Notes under the pieces: model-generated | Told to the model about the DNA's origin: nothing | The model's input: the letters and a program-made list of their open reading frames with translations, nothing else | Databases searched by the model: none | Shown: positions 1-10,529 of the stretch, in pieces | Position numbering within the stretch: the stretch's first letter is position 1 | Layout of the letters: each line of letters starts with the position of its first letter | Translations under genes and position numbers: made by a program | Assembly (NCBI GenBank): GCA_963666735.1 | Contig: OY762926.1 | Span: forward strand, 1,568,001-1,632,000 | DNA length: 64,000 bases | DNA from: Gemmatimonadota bacterium | Lineage (GTDB): Bacteria > Gemmatimonadota > Gemmatimonadetes > Palauibacterales > Palauibacteraceae | Direction: 5' to 3'

Positions 1-2281
1 GCGAGAGCGCATCCACGACCGCGTTGATCACGGCCGGCGCGGACCCGATCGTCCCCGCCTCGCCGATCCCCTTCACCCCCATCGGGTTCGAGGTGCTCGG
101 CGTCACCGTCCGGTCCGTCTCGAACGACGGGAACTCCGCCGCGGACGGTACGAGATAGTTGACCATCGACGCCGTCTCCAGCGTCCCGTCCTCCGCGTAC
201 GTCGCCTCTTCGTACAGCGCCGCCGCGATTCCCTGCGCCACGCCGCCGTGCACCTGGCCGTCCACGATGACGGGGTTGATCACGGGCCCGCAGTCGTCGA
301 CCGCGATGTAGCGGACGAGATCCACGGCGCCGGTCTCCGTGTCCACTTCGACCACGGCCACGTGCGTGCCGAAGGGGAAGGTGAAGTTCGGCGGATCGTA
401 CACGCAGTGCGCCTCGAGCCCGGGCTCGGAGTCCTCCGGCAGGCTGTGGGCCGTCCACGCCGCGAACGCGAGTTCCGGCATCGACTTCGTGCGGTCCGGG
501 ACGCCCTTCACCGAGAAGGTCCCCGCCTCGTACTCGAGGTCCTCCGGCGCCACCTCGAGCAGGTGCGCCGCGAGCCCCCTCGCCTTGTCGACGACCCGGT
601 CGCACGCGTTGTGCACCGCGACCCCCGCCACCGCGAGGCTGCGGCTGCCGTACGTGTTCATCCCGTGCGGCGCCACGTGCGTGTCTCCGTGGAGGACCGT
701 GACGTCCTCGTACGGGATCCCGAGCATGTCCGCCGCGATCTGGGACCAGGAGGTCACGTGCCCCTGCCCGTGTGGCGAACTGCCCGTCACGACTTCCGCC
801 TTTCCGGTCGGCAGCATGCGCACCGTGGCCGCGTCCCAGCCGCCGGCGGCGTACTTGAGCGAGGCCAGCACCTGCGAGGGCGCGAGCCCGCAGATTTCCA
901 CGTAGGACGAAAACCCGACCCCGATCTGCTTGCCCGCCCCGCTCTCCCGGCGCTCCGCCTGGTCGCTCCGGAACCCATCGTAGTCCAGCAGTTCCAGCGC
1001 GCGGTCGAGCGCGGGCTCGTAGTTGGCCGAGTCGAAGGCGAGGCCGCCAGGGCTCTGGACCATGTCGCCGGCCGGGAGGAAGTTCCGCCGCCGGATTTCC
1101 GCCACGTCCACGCCGACCTTCCGCGCGAGCGCGTCGATCGCCCGCTCGATGGCGTAGGTCGCCTCGGGCCGTCCCGCGCCGCGGTAGGCGTCCGTCGGGG
1201 TCGTGTTCGTGAACACGCCCGTGCACTCGAAGTGATACGCCTCCCCGCCGTAGCAGCCGCAGTAGAGGAAGGCGCCCAGGAGCGGAACCCCCGGCGCCAC
1301 GAGCTGCAGGTAGGCGCCCATGGCCGCAAGAATGTTGACGCGGTATCCGAGGATGTCGCCGTCGACCGTGGCGGCGATCTCGATCTCCTGGACCTGGTCC
1401 CGGCCGTGGATCGTGGCGAGGTAGCCCTCGCTCCGCCCGGCGACCCACTTGACCGGCTTCCCCAGACGGCGCGCGAGGGCGATGCAGAGCGCCTCCTCCG
1501 CGTACACGTTCAGCTTCGAGCCGAAGCCGCCGCCCACGTCGGAGGGGGCGATGACCCGGATCTGAGACTCGGGAATTCCGAGGGTGAGCGCGAACAGCAC
1601 CTTCGCGACGTGGGGAATCTGCGTCGTGGACCACACTGTGAAATCGCCCGTCGAGGGGACCGACTGCGCGACGACGGCGCGCGGCTCCATCGCGTTCGGG
1701 ATCAGCCGCGGCTGCGTGTAGCGCTCCTTGACCACGACATCCGCCTTCGCGAAGGCCGCGTCCACGTCGCCGTTCGTCAGCGTCCACGTGTAGCTCTTGT
1801 TGTCATCGAACGACTCGTGCACGCGCGGCGCGTCGTCGGCCAGCGCCGCCTCCACGTCCACGACCGCGTCCTGCACCTCGTAGTCAACCTCCACGAGTTC
1901 CGCCGCGTCGAGCGCCGCGTTGCGGCTCGTCGCGACCACGACCGCCACCGCGTCGCCCACGTAGCGCGCCACATCCTGCGCCACCGGCCAGTGGTCGGGG
2001 ATCCTGATGTCGTCCGTCACGGGCCACGCCATCGGCAGGCCCGCCGCCCACTCGTCGGCCAGGTCCGCCCCACTGTACGCTGCGACCACGCCATCCGCGG
2101 CGGCGGCGGCGGACACGTCCACCGACTCGATGCGCGCCGATCCGTACGGACTTCGGACGAGTGCCGCATGAAGCATGCCGGGCAGCGTGAGGCCTTCCAG
2201 GAACTGGCCCTGCCCCGTGAGAAGCTTGGGATCCTCTTTACGCGGGACCCCGCCGCCAACGTATTTCTCGGCCGTCGCCAT
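1..2281 (-). CDS. coxL: Xanthine dehydrogenase-family molybdopterin-binding large subunit, form II CoxL-like (runs off the window start)
   Basis: Missing from the ORF track because it is partial; translated by hand. ATG at 2281 gives MATAEKYVGGGVPRKEDPKLLTGQGQF; active-site loop TDAYRGAGRPEATYAIER at ~1142-1195; follows a coxS-like gene. Confidence 0.85.
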   Translation of the reverse strand, partial: MATAEKYVGGGVPRKEDPKLLTGQGQFLEGLTLPGMLHAALVRSPYGSARIESVDVSAAAAADGVVAAYSGADLADEWAAGLPMAWPVTDDIRIPDHWPVAQDVARYVGDAVAVVVATSRNAALDAAELVEVDYEVQDAVVDVEAALADDAPRVHESFDDNKSYTWTLTNGDVDAAFAKADVVVKERYTQPRLIPNAMEPRAVVAQSVPSTGDFTVWSTTQIPHVAKVLFALTLGIPESQIRVIAPSDVGGGFGSKLNVYAEEALCIALARRLGKPVKWVAGRSEGYLATIHGRDQVQEIEIAATVDGDILGYRVNILAAMGAYLQLVAPGVPLLGAFLYCGCYGGEAYHFECTGVFTNTTPTDAYRGAGRPEATYAIERAIDALARKVGVDVAEIRRRNFLPAGDMVQSPGGLAFDSANYEPALDRALELLDYDGFRSDQAERRESGAGKQIGVGFSSYVEICGLAPSQVLASLKYAAGGWDAATVRMLPTGKAEVVTGSSPHGQGHVTSWSQIAADMLGIPYEDVTVLHGDTHVAPHGMNTYGSRSLAVAGVAVHNACDRVVDKARGLAAHLLEVAPEDLEYEAGTFSVKGVPDRTKSMPELAFAAWTAHSLPEDSEPGLEAHCVYDPPNFTFPFGTHVAVVEVDTETGAVDLVRYIAVDDCGPVINPVIVDGQVHGGVAQGIAAALYEEATYAEDGTLETASMVNYLVPSAAEFPSFETDRTVTPSTSNPMGVKGIGEAGTIGSAPAVINAVVDALS

Positions 2282-2296
2282 GTTCTCTCTCCTCGC

Positions 2297-2764
2297 CTAA
2301 GAGCCCATGTCGTCGGCGGCCGCGAGCACCGCCTTGACGATGTTGTGGTAGCCCGTGCACCGGCAGAGGTTGCCCTCCAGCGCGAGCCGGACCTCGTCCT
2401 CCGTGGGCGCCGGGTTCTCATCCAGGTATCCCACCGTGGCCATCATCATGCCGGGAGTACAGAACCCGCACTGCAGGCCGTGGTTCTCGTGGAACGCCTT
2501 CTGGACCGGGTGCCAGTCGCCGTTCGACGCGAGCCCCTCGACGGTGGCGACCTCCGCGCCATCCGCCTGGACGGCGAGCACGGTACACGACTTCACCGAC
2601 TGACCGTTCATCAGAATCGTGCAGGCGCCGCACGAGGACGTGTCGCAGCCCACGTTGGTGCCGGTCAGTTCGAGTTGTTCGCGGATGAAATGAACGAGGA
2701 GGGTGCGGGGTTCGACGTCCGCCTCGTGCCGAACGCCGTTCACGGTGACGGAGATGCGCTTCAT
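2297..2764 (-). CDS. coxS: (2Fe-2S)-binding small subunit, CoxS-like
   Basis: [19 protein letters not shown] and NLCRCTGY motifs. Confidence 0.92.
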   Translation of the reverse strand: MKRISVTVNGVRHEADVEPRTLLVHFIREQLELTGTNVGCDTSSCGACTILMNGQSVKSCTVLAVQADGAEVATVEGLASNGDWHPVQKAFHENHGLQCGFCTPGMMMATVGYLDENPAPTEDEVRLALEGNLCRCTGYHNIVKAVLAAADDMGS

Positions 2765-2980
2765 GCGGCCACTCCTGATCCTGTGCCGGCGGGAGCGCCG
2801 GCGGAGCTCCCGGAACGGGACTCATCCGGCCGCCCGTCGGCCGGGGGAACCCAGTCTAGAACGGGCCGCGGGGCCGGGGCAACCGGGCAGGCCCGGGAGT
2901 CGGGGGGAGTGGCCGGTGCGCGGGGTCCGGCGGCGCCATCCCGAGGGCGAGACCCCGAGCGACGACCGTGGGGAGCCGCA

Positions 2981-3358
2981 TCAGCGCATCATGCCGGGAT
3001 CCCGGCGTCCGCTCGCGTATTGCAGGACAAGCCAGGCGATCGAGGCGAAGCCGAGGATCAGGAAGCCGACGATGGACGAGCCCAGGGTGACCTGGATCCC
3101 GCTCCACACGAGCGGCGTGCTTACCTCCCCCGCCCGCGAGATCGCCTCGGCCGCCATCCACACGCCGACCAGCGATCCGAGCACGCCGAGGCACGCGGCG
3201 AGGGCGCCGAGAATCAGGATCGAGTGGATACGCAGGCCCACCGCCGGAGCGCCGGGGCGGACGAGGTCGACCGTCGTGCGCACGATCTGCACCAGCATGG
3301 GAATCAGGACGATCCAGATCGGATACTGGATGAATCCGAGCGATTCGAAGAAGGACAT
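2981..3358 (-). CDS. Small three-TM membrane protein, MotA/TolQ/ExbB-like
   Basis: LGALAACLGVLGSLVG...SGIQVTL pattern resembles the MotA/TolQ channel helices; GGAGG RBS upstream. Confidence 0.6.
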   Translation of the reverse strand: MSFFESLGFIQYPIWIVLIPMLVQIVRTTVDLVRPGAPAVGLRIHSILILGALAACLGVLGSLVGVWMAAEAISRAGEVSTPLVWSGIQVTLGSSIVGFLILGFASIAWLVLQYASGRRDPGMMR

Positions 3359-3361
3359 CGG

Positions 3362-4126
3362 TTACCTCCGGCTTGATGAAGTCGGTGTGAGGGGCGCAGC
3401 AAAGAACGTCGATATGCGGTGCTCCATCGTCTCGTCGTCGATCAGGCGCGGCGTGATGGCGAGCCAGCCGAAGAGTCCGAAGATGGCCGCGCCGAACCCG
3501 AGTGCGGCGCAGGAGACGATGCGGCCGACGGCGTCCCACATGGCCGGCATCGCGAAATCCTCGACGTCGAGCGCTTCGAAGGCGCTGTAGCCCTCCAAGG
3601 ACGCGCCCAGCGCCCCGAGGGCGACCGCGAAGACGATGAGCCCGACCTGCCGCTCCCACAGCCGGCGCCGCAGGTCCGGCCGCAGGTCGCCGTCGATCCA
3701 GAGACGCGTCGCGGCCCGGGTCCAGTTCGCGGCGAGCAGGGCGACCACGATGACCTGGGGCCACGCAAGCACGGCCGCGGAGCCGAGTGGGCCCGACCCG
3801 ATCATCGTGATGCACGCGACCGCCCCGGCCAGGCCTGTGGCCGCGAGAATGCCGAGGCGCTCCACCCGGTCGATCCACCCCGTGCCCCGCGCCCAGCGGC
3901 CCAGCGGCGGCGCATGCTGCGCTTCGAGCTGAGCGAGCGTCTCCGTGCCCGGCACGAGCTGGCGAAGGGCGGCGCGGCGTGCCTGGGCCGGTCCGTATCC
4001 GCGACGCTCCAGTTCCGCCTGCAGCGCCTCCGCGTCGGCGTCGACTTCCTCCAGCAGATCGAGGCGGCGGCGCGGCGGCACCGCAAGATTCCGTTCGATG
4101 TCTGCAAGGGGATGTTCAGGCCGCAT
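3362..4126 (-). CDS. Hypothetical membrane protein coupled to PadR (permease-prefix-like N-terminus)
   Basis: ATG at 4126 overlaps the PadR end; N-terminal LLEEVDADAEALQAELERRGYGPAQARRAALRQL followed by four hydrophobic segments. Confidence 0.6.
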   Translation of the reverse strand: MRPEHPLADIERNLAVPPRRRLDLLEEVDADAEALQAELERRGYGPAQARRAALRQLVPGTETLAQLEAQHAPPLGRWARGTGWIDRVERLGILAATGLAGAVACITMIGSGPLGSAAVLAWPQVIVVALLAANWTRAATRLWIDGDLRPDLRRRLWERQVGLIVFAVALGALGASLEGYSAFEALDVEDFAMPAMWDAVGRIVSCAALGFGAAIFGLFGWLAITPRLIDDETMEHRISTFFAAPLTPTSSSRR

Positions 4127-4442
4127 GGGTTGCCCCGAAGAGTTCCAGCAGCACCCGGAACTGTCGCTCCAGTTGCGCCGCTCCCGCCGCCAGTTCGGCA
4201 CGACCCGCGCCGGTGAGTTCGTACGTCTTCCGCCGCCGCCCGTCCCCGCTCCATTTCCCGCGCACGTGCCCGTCCGTCTCGAGCCGGTGCAGGATCGGGT
4301 AGAGGGTCCCGTGCTGAAACGAAAACGCGCCCCCCGTCCGTTCCTCCACGGAGAGCGCGATCTGGTAGCCGTGCGCGGGTCCTCGCTCCAGGACCGCGAG
4401 CACGAGCAGTTCGTTGATGCGCTTCGAGAGTGTCATGCGCAC
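4116..4442 (-). CDS. PadR family transcriptional regulator
   Basis: HGYQI...GTLYPILHRLE...RRKTYELT signature. Confidence 0.93.
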   Translation of the reverse strand: MRMTLSKRINELLVLAVLERGPAHGYQIALSVEERTGGAFSFQHGTLYPILHRLETDGHVRGKWSGDGRRRKTYELTGAGRAELAAGAAQLERQFRVLLELFGATHAA

Positions 4443-4597
4443 ATGATATAAAGATGGTCTTTATATCGCAAATCTGCATACCGGGAAGAGCGGCTACGGT
4501 CGCGGGTATCCCCGGCCAGAGCAGTCCGCGACATTGGAGACGGCGGGACCGGGCCGTCCGCGGATAACCGCCGCCAGGGAAGCGATCGAGAAACGAA

Positions 4598-5695
4598 TTG
4601 TACACGACCTGCATCTTCTGCCACGGCGACCTCGCCCGGAACGAGGCCCTCGAGGAGTTCCCGGTCGGCCGCCGTCTCGCTTTCGACGGGGCAAGGGGAC
4701 GGCTCTGGGTCGTGTGCCGGCGCTGTGAGCGCTGGAACCTCTCCCCGCTGGAGACGCGCTGGGAGGCGATCGAAGCCTGCGAACGCGCCTTCGAGACCAC
4801 CCGCATGCGGGTCGCCTCCGACAACATCGGCCTTGCGAAACTCAAGGAGGGCCTCGAACTCGTCCGCGTCGGCGATCCCGTCCGCCAGGAGTTCGCGGCG
4901 TGGCGCTACGGCGACCAGTTCGGCCGCCGCCGCAAGCGGGCCATGCTCATCACCGGCGCCGTCGCGACCGCAGCGGGGGCCCTCGTCGTGGGAGGCGTGG
5001 TCTCGCTGGGCTCGCTCTGGCTGACGAGCAGGTGGTCGAAGACCTGGTACCTCAATCGTGTCATTCACCGGACTCGAGATGCTCGCGGAGAGCCCGTGCG
5101 GGTCCTGCGGAGACACCTCTATACGTCGCGTCTCGTGCCGGATGTCGAGGGAAGTGGCTGGGGACTTCAGGTTGATCACATCCGGGGCTGGGACAAGCGA
5201 TCGGGCAGGGCGTTGCGGACGATGATGATTCAGGGCCCCGACGCGACCGGGATGGCCGGACAGTTGATGGCGCGAGCCAACCGCCGCGGCGGCGCCGAGC
5301 AGGTGATCCGCCAGGCCGTAAGGCGGATCGAAAACGCCGGCCACCCCGAGGCTTTTCTTCCCGAAGCCGCGGACATGGCGCAGCGCGCTTTTCGGCGATC
5401 CGCCAAGGACCATCCGCCCGTACACCGAATCGAACGGCTGCGGAAGCCGTTGCCCGGCACGCTCGCGGGCATGACCGACAGTATGCGTCTGGCCGTCGAG
5501 ATGGCGACGCAGGAGGCGACCGAACGCGAAGCACTCGAGGGAGAACTGAAGGAACTCGAGGCGCGGTGGCGCGAGGCGGAAGAGATCGCCCACATCGCCG
5601 ACAACCTCTTTGTCCCCGAAGGCGTCGACAGCTTCATCGCCGGCGAGCGCGGGCGAACCGGCGCCGGCGCCGCGAACCCGTCGCGGAACGCCTGA
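4598..5695 (+). CDS. Hypothetical Zn-ribbon membrane protein, paralog 1
   Basis: TTG start; CIFC and CRRC pairs; one hydrophobic segment; near-identical ends to the next gene. Confidence 0.8.
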   Translation: MYTTCIFCHGDLARNEALEEFPVGRRLAFDGARGRLWVVCRRCERWNLSPLETRWEAIEACERAFETTRMRVASDNIGLAKLKEGLELVRVGDPVRQEFAAWRYGDQFGRRRKRAMLITGAVATAAGALVVGGVVSLGSLWLTSRWSKTWYLNRVIHRTRDARGEPVRVLRRHLYTSRLVPDVEGSGWGLQVDHIRGWDKRSGRALRTMMIQGPDATGMAGQLMARANRRGGAEQVIRQAVRRIENAGHPEAFLPEAADMAQRAFRRSAKDHPPVHRIERLRKPLPGTLAGMTDSMRLAVEMATQEATEREALEGELKELEARWREAEEIAHIADNLFVPEGVDSFIAGERGRTGAGAANPSRNA

Positions 5696-6820
5696 ATGTA
5701 CACGACCTGCATCTTCTGCCACGGGAACCTCGGCAGGAACGAGGCCATCGAGGAGTTCCCCGTCGGCCGCCGGCTCGCCTTCGACGAGGCGAAGGGACGG
5801 CTCTGGGTCGTGTGCCGGCGCTGCGAGCGCTGGAACCTCTCCCCGCTGGAGACGCGGTGGGAGGCGATCGAAGCCTGCGAGCGCGCCTTCGAGACCACCC
5901 GCATGAAGGTCGCCTCGGACAACATCGGACTCGCGAAGCTCAAGGAAGGCCTCGAACTCGTCCGCGTGGGCGATCCCGTCCGGCAGGAGTTCGCGGCGTG
6001 GCGCTACGGCGACCAGTTCGGCCGCCGCCGCAAGCGGGCCATGCTCGTCACGGGCGCCGTGGGGGCGGCGGCGGGCGGGGTCGTCGTAGGCGGCACGATC
6101 GCCGGGTTCGCCATGGGCGGCATCTTCGCGCCGCTCTTCCAGGGGGCTCAGGCCTGGTATCGGGACCGCGTCCTGCTTCGTCTCAGGGACGAGCACGGCG
6201 ACCCCATCCGGATCCAGCGAAAGCACCTCTACACCTCCCGTCTCGTGCCGAGCGCGGACGCCTCGGGCTGGGACCTTCGCGTCGATCACATCCCGGGGTG
6301 GGATAAGCGGGACAGGACGAACAAGCGCAAGAACCACCGACATACGATGATCGTTCACGGGAGCGAGGCGATCGGGCTCGCGGGCCAGCTCATGGCCCAG
6401 GCCAACCGGCGCGGCGGCGCACGGAAGGCGGTTCGTGACGCGGTCCGGAAGATCGAGGAGGCCGGGCACCCGGACGCGTTTCTCCCCGTGGCGGCGCGCC
6501 ACGCCATGAGCGACTTCTCCGGTTCGGGGAAAGCAGATCTCCCGGCGAAGAAGATCGAGGGATTGATGAAGCCCCTGCCGGGCACCCTGGCGGGACTCAA
6601 GGTGGACATGCGGCTGGCGATCGAGATGGCGACGCACGAGCAGGCCGAACGCGAGGCACTCGAAGGGGAACTGAAGGAGCTCGAGGCGCGCTGGCGCGAG
6701 GCGGAGGAGATCGCCCACATCGCCGACAACCTGTTCGTCCCCGAGAGCGTGGACAGCTTCATCGCCGGCGAACGTTCGCAGATCGACGACGACCCGGCGC
6801 AGGGAGCCCCGACCGGCTGA
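5696..6820 (+). CDS. Hypothetical Zn-ribbon membrane protein, paralog 2
   Basis: ATG immediately after the TGA of paralog 1; same CxxC pairs and C-terminal WREAEEIAHIADNLF. Confidence 0.85.
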   Translation: MYTTCIFCHGNLGRNEAIEEFPVGRRLAFDEAKGRLWVVCRRCERWNLSPLETRWEAIEACERAFETTRMKVASDNIGLAKLKEGLELVRVGDPVRQEFAAWRYGDQFGRRRKRAMLVTGAVGAAAGGVVVGGTIAGFAMGGIFAPLFQGAQAWYRDRVLLRLRDEHGDPIRIQRKHLYTSRLVPSADASGWDLRVDHIPGWDKRDRTNKRKNHRHTMIVHGSEAIGLAGQLMAQANRRGGARKAVRDAVRKIEEAGHPDAFLPVAARHAMSDFSGSGKADLPAKKIEGLMKPLPGTLAGLKVDMRLAIEMATHEQAEREALEGELKELEARWREAEEIAHIADNLFVPESVDSFIAGERSQIDDDPAQGAPTG

Positions 6821-6859
6821 GAGCCTGTCCGGGGCCGCCCCGGTTCCCTATCGTGCCGA

Positions 6860-7255
6860 ATGAGCGAGAAGAGACTCATCGTCGTCGGCGACCGCGTGCT
6901 CATCGAGCCGCTGGAGGGCGAGGACCGCACGAACGTCGGCCTCTACCTCCCGCCCACCGCGATCGACAAGCAGGCCGTGCAGGCGGGGACGGTCGTGGCC
7001 GTCGGCCCCGGCACGCCGGTCGGGCCGCCCGCCGAACTCGACGACGAACCGTGGAAGATCGGCGCCACCGAAGCCCGTTATCTTCCCATGCAGGCGCGGC
7101 CGGGAGACTACGCCCTTTTCTTCCGGAAGGCCGCGGTGGAGATCACCTTCGAGGGCACCCGGTACCTCGTCGCACCGCAGGGCGCGATCCTCACCCTCGT
7201 CCGCGAGGAGGAGGGCGAGAAGGCCGCCGAAGGCTTCGATCCCTCGTTCCTCTGA
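6860..7255 (+). CDS. Co-chaperonin GroES/Cpn10 family protein (no adjacent groEL)
   Basis: VGDRVLIEP...GLYLPPTA...GTVVAVGPG...GDYALF motifs. Confidence 0.85.
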   Translation: MSEKRLIVVGDRVLIEPLEGEDRTNVGLYLPPTAIDKQAVQAGTVVAVGPGTPVGPPAELDDEPWKIGATEARYLPMQARPGDYALFFRKAAVEITFEGTRYLVAPQGAILTLVREEEGEKAAEGFDPSFL

Positions 7256-7291
7256 AGACAGCCGCTGGCCGCGAGCTGGCCGTACGGCGGA

Positions 7292-7414
7292 CGTTACCCT
7301 CATCTCATAGGGATCGTTGCACGACATCGCTACCTGCACCGATTTTACGTCACCGACGCCTTGAAGCTGCTGGACCTGCTGGATACTTTGAGGGGCGAGG
7401 AGGAACAATGTTGA
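7292..7414 (+). pseudogene. hicA: 3' remnant of a HicA-like toxin gene
   Basis: Frame reads [40 protein letters not shown], resembling HicA C-termini, and overlaps the hicB start; no start codon or N-terminal half. Confidence 0.5.
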
Positions 7415-7734
7415 AGACACTAAATTATTACATGACTCTGCCTTACACGATCGACGTCGTGTACGAGGAATCGGGTAAGGCTCCTCCCTACGTGGCTAGG
7501 ATTCTGGAATTGCCTGGTTGCATGGCTCAAGGTCGGAGCCATAACGAAGCGGTTCGAGAACTGCGCGAGGCTCAGGCCCTTTTCGTCGAAGCAATGCTCG
7601 AAAGCCGCGTTCCTATCCCGGAGCCCGCATACACTTCGGAGTCCACGGTGACGAAGGTCACTTGCGCTTTTTCGATCCCCGAGAGCCCTCTCAGTACGTC
7701 GCCCCCGGTAACATCTCGACTCGTTCCCGCCTGA
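7408..7734 (+). CDS. hicB: HicB family antitoxin
   Basis: GAGGAGG RBS then ATG 7408; YYMTLPYTI...[23 protein letters not shown]....LFVEAMLE....IPEP. Confidence 0.88.
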   Translation: MLKTLNYYMTLPYTIDVVYEESGKAPPYVARILELPGCMAQGRSHNEAVRELREAQALFVEAMLESRVPIPEPAYTSESTVTKVTCAFSIPESPLSTSPPVTSRLVPA

Positions 7735-7804
7735 TCCCGCCCTCCCGGCGGCCCTGGAGCCGCGCCAACCCCAGCGCCCCGGCCCACCTCGACGCCAGCT
7801 TGGG

Positions 7805-8344
7805 CTAGCGGTTGACGGGGCCGATCCGGTTGGGGCGCAGGGAATGGCAGTTCACCTCCCAGGACGTCGCCCGGGCCTGAACCGGGGCATCACCGGTCGA
7901 GGAGACGGCGGCCGTCTGCCCCCGGAGCCGCGCCACCGCCCGTCCGACCATGTCCCCGCGGCTGCTGCGCAGCGCCACGGCCCCCCGCACCTCGGGACTC
8001 GACCACACGACCCAGAGCGTGTCGGCCCGCGTGAACCAGCGCGTCTCCATGCGGGAGAGATCTCCGTCGCCCTCGAGCGGGACGGCCTGATAGGCGGTCA
8101 TCTCCCGCCCGTATGCATCCACCGAGTCGGCGAACAGCATGAGCGACCGCACGACGGGCGGGTCGGTCTCCGGAGCCTCCCCGCCGTTATCCGCGAGCCA
8201 CGTGTCGAACCGGAGATGCCGGCAGCCGAGGAAATCCCACAGGCGAAGGTCCGCAGGTTCGGGCGGGGGCGGGGCCTCGACCTCCCGGAATCGGAACCAG
8301 ATCGAGACCCAGACGAAGACGACCGACACTCCGGCCACCGCCAT
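7805..8344 (-). CDS. Hypothetical protein with N-terminal membrane anchor
   Basis: ORF with plausible composition filling the gap between hicB and typA; start uncertain. Confidence 0.6.
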   Translation of the reverse strand: MAVAGVSVVFVWVSIWFRFREVEAPPPPEPADLRLWDFLGCRHLRFDTWLADNGGEAPETDPPVVRSLMLFADSVDAYGREMTAYQAVPLEGDGDLSRMETRWFTRADTLWVVWSSPEVRGAVALRSSRGDMVGRAVARLRGQTAAVSSTGDAPVQARATSWEVNCHSLRPNRIGPVNR

Positions 8345-8561
8345 CCAACGTTTCGTTCTCGCCAGCGGACTCTCCGTTGCCGGGCTCCATGCACCGCGCG
8401 ACCCAGCCCGACGACGCCGGGCCGCACCACGTCGCCGGCCAACCTAGCCCGGCCCTCGCCGCCACGCACAGCTTTTGATCCGGAGCCGGCGTCGGTAGAA
8501 TGTCCCCGCGATTCCCCGCCGTTTCCCCCCAACCACGCGTACCGCGGAAGTCGAGGCCTGC

Positions 8562-10427
8562 TTGGCGCCCCCGCCCCGGAAGATCAGGAACATTGCGATC
8601 ATCGCCCACGTCGATCACGGGAAGACGACGCTCGTCGACCATATGCTGCGGCAGGCGGGCGCCTTCCAGTCGCACGAGCGGGTCGAGGAACGCGTCATGG
8701 ATTCGAACCCGCTGGAGCGCGAGCGCGGCATTACGATCCTGTCGAAGAACACCGCCGTGCGCTGGGGCGAGACGAGGATCAACATCGTCGACACGCCGGG
8801 CCACGCGGACTTCGGCGGCGAGGTCGAGCGCATCCTGCGGATGGTGGACGGCGTGCTCCTTCTCGTGGACGCGGCGGAGGGGCCGATGCCGCAGACGCGC
8901 TTCGTCACGCGGAAGGCCCTCGCGCTCGGCCTCGCGCCCATCGTCGCGATCAACAAGGTGGACCGGCCGGAGCAGCGCGCGGCGGAGGTACACGACGAGG
9001 TGCTGGAACTGTTCCTGGAACTGGACGCGACCGAAGCCCAACTCGACGCGCCCTTCCTGTACGCGAGCGGCCGGGACGGCTGGGCGTCGCCGGACATCGA
9101 GGCGCGGGACGGCGACCTGGAGCCGCTGTTCGAGACGATCGTGGCGGCGGTCCCCTCCCCCGCCGGCGACCCCGAGGGACCCTTCCAGATGCTCGCCTCG
9201 ACGCTGGACCACTCCAGCTACCTGGGACGCATCGCGATCGGCCGCATCGAGCGGGGCGCCGTGGCCGAGGCGGATCGCGTGGTGCTGCTGCCGCTCGGGG
9301 AGCCCGGACCCGTGCCCGCCGACGAGGCGCTCCCGGCCCGCGTGCTCAAGATCTACGGCTTTGACGGGCTGAAGCGTGTCGAGGCGCCCCGCGCGAGCGC
9401 CGGCGACATCGTGGCGCTGGCGGGACTCGAAGGAGTGGAGATCGGCCAGACGATCGCCGACCCCGGCCACAGGGAACGTCTGCGCGGGATCGCGGTCGAA
9501 CGGCCCACGCTCTCGGTGGATTTCCGGGTCAACGACGCCCCCTTCGCCGGGCGGGCGGGCAAGTACGTCACGACCCGGCAACTGCGCCAGCGCCTCCTCC
9601 GCGAACTGGAGCGGAATGTCGCCCTCCGCGTCGAGCCCACGGACTCCCCCGACACCTTCTCCGTCTCGGGCCGCGGTGAACTCCACCTCACGATCCTCAT
9701 GGAGACGATGCGCCGGGAGGGGTACGAGTTCTCCATCTCGCGACCGCGCGTCATCCTGCGCGAGGGCCCCGACGGGGAGATCCTGGAGCCGTACGAGGAG
9801 GCCGTGATCGAAGTCCCGTCCGGGATGGTCGGCGTGGTGATGGAGAAGATGGGGAGCCGGCGGGCCGAACTCCTCTCGATGCGGCCGACGGACCAGGGTC
9901 CGGTGCGGCTCGACTTCAGACTCCCGTCACGCGGGCTGTTCGGATACCGCTCCGAGTTCCTCACGGACACGCGCGGCGAGGGACAGTTGCACCACCGCTT
10001 CCTCGAGTACGGCCCCCGCGCGGGCCACCTCGAGCACCGGCGGAAGGGGGTGCTCGTCGCCGACCGCCCGGGGACGTCGGTCGCCTTCGCCCTCTTCAAC
10101 CTGCAGGAGCGGGCCGAGATGCTGATCGGCCCCGGCGTCGAGGTCTACAGCGGCATGATCGTGGGCGAGCACGTCCGCCCCGGCGATCTCGAGGTCAACG
10201 TGTCGAAGGGCAAGAAGCTCACGAACATGCGGGCCGCGGCCGCGGACGAGAACGTCCGGCTCGAGCCGCCACGCGAACTGACGCTGGAACTGGCCCTCGA
10301 GTTCATCAACGACGACGAGTTGATCGAGGTCACGCCCGACGCGATCCGGCTCCGCAAGCGCAAGCTCGACCCGGTCGAGCGCAAGAAGGCCATGCGCCGC
10401 GCCGCCGCGGAGGCCCGCGAGGGCTGA
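8562..10427 (+). CDS. typA: Translational GTPase TypA/BipA
   Basis: [70 protein letters not shown]. Confidence 0.97.
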   Translation: MAPPPRKIRNIAIIAHVDHGKTTLVDHMLRQAGAFQSHERVEERVMDSNPLERERGITILSKNTAVRWGETRINIVDTPGHADFGGEVERILRMVDGVLLLVDAAEGPMPQTRFVTRKALALGLAPIVAINKVDRPEQRAAEVHDEVLELFLELDATEAQLDAPFLYASGRDGWASPDIEARDGDLEPLFETIVAAVPSPAGDPEGPFQMLASTLDHSSYLGRIAIGRIERGAVAEADRVVLLPLGEPGPVPADEALPARVLKIYGFDGLKRVEAPRASAGDIVALAGLEGVEIGQTIADPGHRERLRGIAVERPTLSVDFRVNDAPFAGRAGKYVTTRQLRQRLLRELERNVALRVEPTDSPDTFSVSGRGELHLTILMETMRREGYEFSISRPRVILREGPDGEILEPYEEAVIEVPSGMVGVVMEKMGSRRAELLSMRPTDQGPVRLDFRLPSRGLFGYRSEFLTDTRGEGQLHHRFLEYGPRAGHLEHRRKGVLVADRPGTSVAFALFNLQERAEMLIGPGVEVYSGMIVGEHVRPGDLEVNVSKGKKLTNMRAAAADENVRLEPPRELTLELALEFINDDELIEVTPDAIRLRKRKLDPVERKKAMRRAAAEAREG

Positions 10428-10529
10428 CGCCACGGCGCGAGGAGGGAAACGTAAGCGTTTTGACAATCGATATTTCGATCTTCAATTGGCATAAGGCTCC
10501 ACAGGGGACTTCGGACTGCCCGCGATTGG

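Noticed and set aside
248..3376. 1042-aa plus-strand ORF
   Set aside because: Antisense shadow of coxL/coxS in high-GC DNA; Arg/His/Val-rich with no motifs.
4433..6718. 761-aa minus-strand ORF with an internal repeat
   Set aside because: Antisense of the two tandem paralogs; the repeat just mirrors the duplication.
6853..7734. 293-aa ORF as a single protein
   Set aside because: Only the part from ATG 7408 is HicB-like and has an RBS; the rest overlaps the groES-like gene in another frame.
10428..10529. att site or tRNA at the left edge of the defence island
   Set aside because: No tRNA fold and no matching direct repeat found near 25900-26118 by eye.
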